Source: Azolla caroliniana
Lineage: Eukaryota > Plantae > Polypodiophyta
Length of the DNA stretch: 61,897 nt
Direction: 5' to 3'
Assembly (NCBI GenBank): GCA_043228905.1
Contig: JBHGNT010000170.1
Location: 1 to 61,897, forward strand
Under the pieces are notes generated by a model. It worked only from the letters and a program-made list of their open reading frames with translations, was not told the origin of the DNA and did not search any database. The position numbers and the translations under genes were made by a program. Below, piece after piece: positions 55,533 to 61,897 of the stretch. Position 1 is the stretch's first letter, and each line of letters begins with the position of its first letter.

Positions 55533-56104
55533 GTGCTGCGGAATGCATGGCTTGAACCCATGACCTTGTAGTCTCTGCCTCTGGACGACTCACCGGACAA
55601 GCTTACCGTCCGTCCGTCTTGTCTCTTCTTTTCTATTCTCATCTCATCTCATCTCTGCTAGACCAAAGCCAGTGTGTTTATCTCCTAATTATATATAACC
55701 TTTTTACCCTAAAAAACATTTCTCCTCCCTCCTTCTCTCTGTCTCTGTCTCTGTCTCTGTCTCTCTCATCGTCAAAAGTTCATTCTATTTTTGAGGAGCC
55801 TAGCTTTAATGCCCCCCCCCCTCTCCACATTTAGTGTGGGTTCTTTCGCACAAGAGCAGAAGATGGATTGCATTGATCTCTCGTGAGCCTCTTCTTCTCA
55901 GCCTAACCCGCCTAACCTTGGGTGCTTTGTAGAGGTTAAGGAAATTACGGTTTTCTGTAGAGATCAAAAAGAGAAGTTGGGGTTTCCTTAGAGATAAAAA
56001 AAAGAATACAAGGATTTTCTGCAGAGGGTGAAAGATAATTAGGGTTTTCTGCAGGGAGTGAAAGAGAGTCAGGTTTTTTCGACAGAGAATTTGAAGAAAA
56101 AAAA

Positions 56105-58281
56105 ATGTTGAGGAGATTAATAGGGAGGAAGAAGAAAGCAGGAGTTCCGATCTATCTCAATGTATACGATCTGACGCCCATGAACGGCTATCTCTACTGG
56201 TTTGGGATTGGCATATACCACTCTGCTGTTGAAGGTAAATCGCATATCTTCCTTCTGTATGATTCTACCCGTTCTCTCATTTTCTGTGATTTTATGCTAT
56301 ACTTTTTAATTATTTTCTCTCGAGTGTTGATTTTTTTCCATATTTCTGGGTTTTTTTCTTTTACATTGCGTCTTCTCTATGACTACGAATTTTCTATCTT
56401 CTTTATTGCGTTTTTTGGCGCTACCTTCTGGCATTTCCATATTTTCTATCTTCTTTTTACGTTTGCATTTTTTGGCGCTACATTCTGGCATTTTCGGCGT
56501 TTCGTTTCTTACTTACTCTCTGTTTCTTTCCTTATCAGTGTGTTCTGTTTTACATTTTCTTTGTTTTCTTTTGGAATTTTCTAATCTACTTTTGCTTCTC
56601 ATTTTTTGTATATCTTTCAAGAATATTAGTAGATTATGGCAGATTTCCTGTGTGTAAGAGATTTGCTTGTATGTTGATCTCACTTGAAGGACAGAGATAT
56701 AGCACTACTATTTAAAATGCACAATTTTAAGCAAGATATGATGATGATATGGGTGAAAATATACTTGTATAGAGAATTGGGCGAGAAACTATTGCCTTAA
56801 TGACACAGTCAATCCTTTATATCTCGGATAAAACAATGAACTGATGCACTGAGATTGTTACATACACAATCTCTTGTGTTGTGTAGCTTCTTGTTGTCTG
56901 GCGTCTATTATTGTGGATTCTGGTTTTTGTGATGGTATTCTATGCTCTAAAAGTTTCCAGGTGTCTTTATTTTAGGTTCTTTAGGGTTTTCATTCTATGC
57001 CCTAAAATTGGCCATGAGCCAATTGATATCTACTTGAATAACTAGGCTCTCAAGGGTTGCATTTTAATCTACTTGAATCGAGCAAAAACCTTGAATAAAC
57101 AAATGCATGATGCTCTAATGCATATTATACTGTTGTTTTCATTTCAGCTCACGGTGTGGAGTATGCATTTGGAGCACATGATTTCTCTTCAAGTGGCGTG
57201 TTTGAGGTCGAACCTCGTAGCTGTCCCGGGTTCAGTTTTCGGAAGTCTATTCAACTAGGAACAATTGATCTTGATTCCAAGGAATTCCGAGAGTTTATGG
57301 TTCGTATAGCCAATGAATATAATGGTGACACCTATCATCTTATGGCGAAGAATTGCAACCATTTCTGCAACGATGTTTCAGTTAGGTTGACTGGTATTCC
57401 GATACCTGCTTGGGTGAATCGTCTGGCTACATTAGGTTAGTGGTAATTGGATACCTTTTTTTGGTCTCTTTATCACTTACCTTTATTATCTTGGAAGTAA
57501 ACTTAAACCCACTACATTAGATTTTTGGCAATGTATATTTTGTTTTCTGTTTAAATTTGACCTCTAGATAAATTTAACTTCAAATGATCCTATACCCTAA
57601 ACCTTACTACTGTTATGGGCAATGTAGATTTCGTTGGACTTTAAATACAGTCTCTGAACGCTTATACCTCTAAGTTAAACCTAAACCATGTGACATTAGG
57701 TTAATGGCAACAGAGTTTCATTTTTTTTACTCTATAAACACTTTCGGCTACAAACTACTAAACCTTCTCTTACCAGGGAATTAAGTTTTGTGTCTAAGCA
57801 TATTCTGCTCTGAGAGGACCCTAAACCCTTGATCAGATTACATTTAAGTTAGTGACAATGGAGTTCTGGCCTCTAAACACTTTTAGCTCTGAACTAACCC
57901 AAAACAAATAGTGGTAAAGGATACAAGCTAAACCCTATTACATTAGATTAGTTTTATGGGGTTTTATTTTTTAAACATCTGTTTTAGCTTCAAATTAACC
58001 TGAAAGCCTAAACCATAACAGGTACATTATGCAGTTGCTTGCTCCCTGATAGTCTGGGTGCACCGACAATTCGGTATCCACGTGAAATTGAAGGCCATAA
58101 AAGAGGATGCAAAAGCAAAGTGTGCAAAGGATGTATACATTTCACAGATTCCTTGGCCATAGCATCACCCAAAAAACATCAGCTTTTGGTTTCCTCATTC
58201 TTACAACCTTTGAAAAGAAGAGTCTCACCATGGAATTCGAAACGGCCTGCCCCTGTTGAGTGCAAATTCATGCAACTATGA
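56105..58281 (+). CDS. DeSI/PPPDE family putative deSUMOylating/deubiquitinating peptidase; exons 56105-56234, 57148-57435, 58022-58281
   Basis: PIYLNVYDLTPMNGYLYWFGIGIYHSAVE|AHGVEYAFGAH..YHLMAKNCNHFC..IPAWVNRLA; His/Cys dyad intact; GT-AG junctions keep frame. Confidence 0.93.
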
Positions 58282-59033
58282 TGTGTTGCGTGATGGTATC
58301 ACTTTACTTCCCATCGTAAACACAACAAGAATATCAACAACAACAAGAATATCAACATGGAATCAGAGTAAATATTGAAGAAAAGTCACTTGGGAAGCCC
58401 TACACCATAAAATGCCCAATTCCCTAGATAACCAAAACACTAAGAAACCCAAAACCCCCCAAACCGTAAACATCTGTAGTAAAGAAAGAAGCCTTGGGCG
58501 TTCTTATGTTGCAAATCCTTGTTGATACTTGGAAGCAAATCTTATTGAGACTATTCCAAGTTATATATAACATTTATATGATTGTCATTGATGATTTGCG
58601 AAAGGTTAATATGTGGCGGGCCAAGTGGTCTATAAGGTGTTTTGAAGACAATGTAAGGGGATTTGGTCTTGGTTATGATTCTTATGAGGAAATACCAAAA
58701 AAATGTTTTGAGGGTAGCACTTCATTTTTTTATTTGATGGCTTACAAAATTGATAAGTATGTGGTATTTGATATATGTGATGAGATGTTTTGATATATGT
58801 TGATGGATAGGTACCGCGCAATACTAATGTTTATCTTCTTTTGGCAATTTTATCATATTAAATAGTTCATCCTGAAGTGAGGAATTGTCTACATTTCTGC
58901 CTTTCATGGAAGCGTAGTGTAGCCAATGTGATTGCATGAGCCATGTAATTTGTGCATTCAAGAATGTGAGTGAGGTTTGCCCCCTTTCTTGACCATACTA
59001 GGTTTTTTGAGATTTTATTATTGTTATGGAGAA

Positions 59034-59560
59034 GATGTAAACCAAGGATAGCCTTGGACACTGTCCCTAAGGTATTATTATACATGCCTTTAGTTTGTTC
59101 ATAAGTATATTATCATTAGGTACCATTACTTAATTTGAGGAATTGTCTTGATTGTGGGCCCAAACGAAGTTACGGTGATAACTTGACATGACAGTGGTGC
59201 TAATTGTTTGTAAACCTTTATGACTCTTACATCATTTGGAAAATGTATCACAATCGTACTGAGATGAACTTTTGCTAATCGAGACAAAAGATATTGATGT
59301 AAACCAAGAATAGCCTTGGACATTGTTCCTAAGGTATTATACATGCATTTAGGCTTATTGATAAGTATATTATCATTAGATATCATTAATTAATTTGAGG
59401 AACTGTCTTGATTGTGGGCCCAAACGAACTTAAGGTGATAACTTGACATGACATGGATGCCAATTGTTTGTAGACCTTTAGGATCTCTTGCATGATTCGG
59501 AAAAAGGTTTCAGAATAGGTACTAAGATGACCTTTTGCTAATCAAGAGGAAAGATATTGA
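59034..59560. repeat. Direct tandem duplication, ~262-bp unit x2
   Basis: gatgtaaaccaag(g/a)atagccttggaca... at ~59034 and ~59296; gtcttgattgtgggcccaaacgaa occurs in both copies. Confidence 0.85.
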
Positions 59561-60240
59561 TGATCCAAGGGCGTTTAAAGAATTAACATACTTGTGACTA
59601 TTAGAGAGAAATGAAGAGGCTTGAGGGCATCATGTGTTTGATTGTAAGGAATAGTACTTCCAAAAACAAGTTAATTGAGAGGGGGTAAGATGCTCATTCT
59701 ACAAATTGGATGTGCAAAACCCCTTACGTACACTTTAGAAATTAATTGTCAGTGATTTAAAAACTTACTACTTATGCATTTGATTTAAAAACGTACCACT
59801 AAAAATCTAATTGTAATTTGTAAGTATTAAGCAAAAGAAGCATTTATAGAGAAGCATAGCTAAAGCCTAAGATCCATTGTGACGTCTAATATTTGAGATA
59901 TGAACCAAAATGTAAATCTTACAAAAAACGTAGCTTACTGCTAAGGGTGTAGCAACTTAAAAACTATTGAGAGAAACATAAAGAAAATAAATCTCAAATT
60001 TGACAAAGCTCATCCATTGTAGTTTTAGCCTCCAACAATTTCTTTGATATCCAAGCACGCCCATTATGTTTCATGATGAATTGCATTTCTATTTCTTTGT
60101 CCTTTCTATAGCTATTGTAACAATTCCTATGAACTAACATTATACACTATGAATGGACATAATTTGGCGTTGATATTTAATTGAGTTTCATATTTAAAAG
60201 TAAATGTAGACATTTACTTTAAATATGAAATATCATTTTT

Positions 60241-60480
60241 CCACGATTGGCTGTTAATATCATTTTTCTCATTGATAAACATATGAAATAACCATGATTG
60301 GCTGTTAATATCATTTTTCTCATTGATAGACATATGAAATAACCATGATTGGCTGTCAATATCATTTTTCTCATTGATATAGACATGAAATAACCAATGA
60401 TCGTTCATTCTCATTGACATCAGACATATATACGAGATAAAACTGATTATTCTTTCATTGACATTAGACATATATGAAAT
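60241..60480. repeat. Tandem repeat, 51-bp unit, ~3 good copies plus degenerate ones, downstream of the P450
   Basis: atatgaaataaccatgattggctgttaatatcatttttctcattgata at 60281 and 60332, with partial flanking copies. Confidence 0.88.
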
Positions 60481-60629
60481 TGTAATTGTAGACATTGCAC
60501 ATCAATACCAAATTGTTGTTTCATGATTGGATCAAAACAAATGGATTCAAGTATACCAGGGGTTTACAAATTACCGCCTAACTTTCGAATGATACAAAGA
60601 CATGCTGAATATATTGAAGATAGAAAAAT

Positions 60630-61573
60630 TTAAGAGAGAGGTTCCATGCTTATTCGTAGGCCATTCCGCATTGTGGGAAATGTGAGTCCAGACACCTCAT
60701 CAAGTTGTCCATCTTTGTTATCTATTCGTTCCCATCTGCAATGTGAAAACAAGACAAAGTGGGACATCAAATAAAAAGATATTGGTAAAGCATTACCAAG
60801 TAATGTAAGAAAATTGAAACTTTACATTTGCCCAATACATCAAATGAAAAGATCTTTGTAGAATTTCTTCTTCATCACTTACCTGTAATGTGTTATCAAG
60901 TAATGTAAGAAAACTGAAACTTTACATTTGGCCATTGCAGAACCAAGGCAGCTTCGAATTCCTCCACCAAAAGGCATTAACAAGTGAGGACTGTTATTGG
61001 CAATGTCCTGGGCCAATTGCAAAATTGAAACATAATGATGCATCCAGATAATTTGTGATGTGTCCATGTAACAAATCAATCTAGATATATTTGACATGTA
61101 GGTCTAGATTCTTCCTTCACCTTCCATCGCCATGGATCAAACTTGAGGGGATTAGGGTAGTAGTTGGGATTGAGATGCACCATAGAGAAATTAAGCAACA
61201 CCATCCATCCCTTCGGAATGACCATATCTAATGCAAATTCTTACTGTTAACACCATCCTATATAACTGTCATACCAATGAAAAGAAAAATCGAGGAACAT
61301 TGGAACAGTCGAAATTTTTTACCTTGAAATTGAATATCTTGGAGCGTTTCTCGTGTTACGTAGTGCACTATACTCGCAAGCCGTAGTGTCTCCTTCAATA
61401 CCTATGATTCACATGTATTGAGTGCTTTGGTCTCTATCAATGAGTGATGATATGACAGACAATTGACCACATTACAATGTTCTTACCAGATCCGTGAAGT
61501 GCATTTGTTTGTAATCGTTCCATGTCAAAAGCTCCCCATCCTTTTTACACTCCCGAATGCCCAAGTGTTCTTT
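60630..61573 (-). CDS. Cytochrome P450, CYP85 clan (CYP90/CYP720/CYP724-like), 3' exons only; 5' part lies beyond the window
   Basis: Exons 61573-61487 (KEHLGIR..LTWNDYKQMHFT), 61401-61323 (VLKETLRLASIV, ExxR), 61227-61121 (IPKGW..FDPWRW), ~61007-60883 (PFGGGIRSCLG, heme Cys) and 60735-60630 (stop). Confidence 0.9.
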
Positions 61574-61897
61574 CTGCATGTGTAAGGAACCAATAATGCT
61601 TTTGTATAAGGAATCCACACACACACAGAGGCATGTGCACAAACTTTCTTGCCCTCATGGAAGACAAAGTGTTCCTTCTACATATTTATAGAACAAATAA
61701 TCTTCTTTGAATATGCAATAATCATACACAAATGAAAGCATGCACCCAGGCACAAACAACTGTCGCCAGATCCGGCGTACTCACAAACACATAAATATAT
61801 TGATACAGGCACACATGCATGCATTCGTATACACATTCACACATAATCATCACTGCCTAGTACATTTCATTGATATGTGAAGAACTGTACATTAATT

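Noticed and set aside
56235-56657. Hydrophobic Phe-rich extension of the DeSI first ORF suggesting a membrane protein
   Set aside because: Read-through into a T-rich intron after the GT donor at 56235.
60214-60495. 93-aa ORF with repeated NEKNDINSQSWLFHM
   Set aside because: Translation of the 51-bp tandem repeat downstream of the P450 stop; no evidence of coding.

Overview
AT-rich, intron-containing land-plant nuclear DNA. The PLS-PPR style and LINE content suggest a fern or another non-seed vascular plant, but that is inference. Genes: a Tic62-like NAD(P)-binding/FNR-anchoring gene (-) whose last three exons are tandemly duplicated, two tandem DUF538 genes (-), a PLS-class PPR gene (+) ending early in its E domain, an orphan low-complexity ORF (-) followed by a 27-nt periodic repeat, a KUP/HAK/KT potassium transporter (-), a WNK kinase (-), a DeSI/PPPDE peptidase (+), and the 3' part of a CYP85-clan P450 (-). 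Intergenic DNA holds a 5'-truncated LINE with poly(A) and a 17-bp target-site duplication (TSD), older LINE remnants and several tandem repeats. The most unusual element is a ~2.2-kb retroposed insertion (48707-50945) with a 21-bp TSD and a poly(A) tail, nested in an old LINE. It has no detectable transposon protein. It is built from 5' tandem monomers, a MAP-kinase sequence reduced to its conserved motifs, and tandemly amplified conserved PPR-motif fragments. It is a candidate mobile non-coding or siRNA-source locus aimed at multigene families. Exon boundaries were read by eye from GT/AG signals and reading frame.
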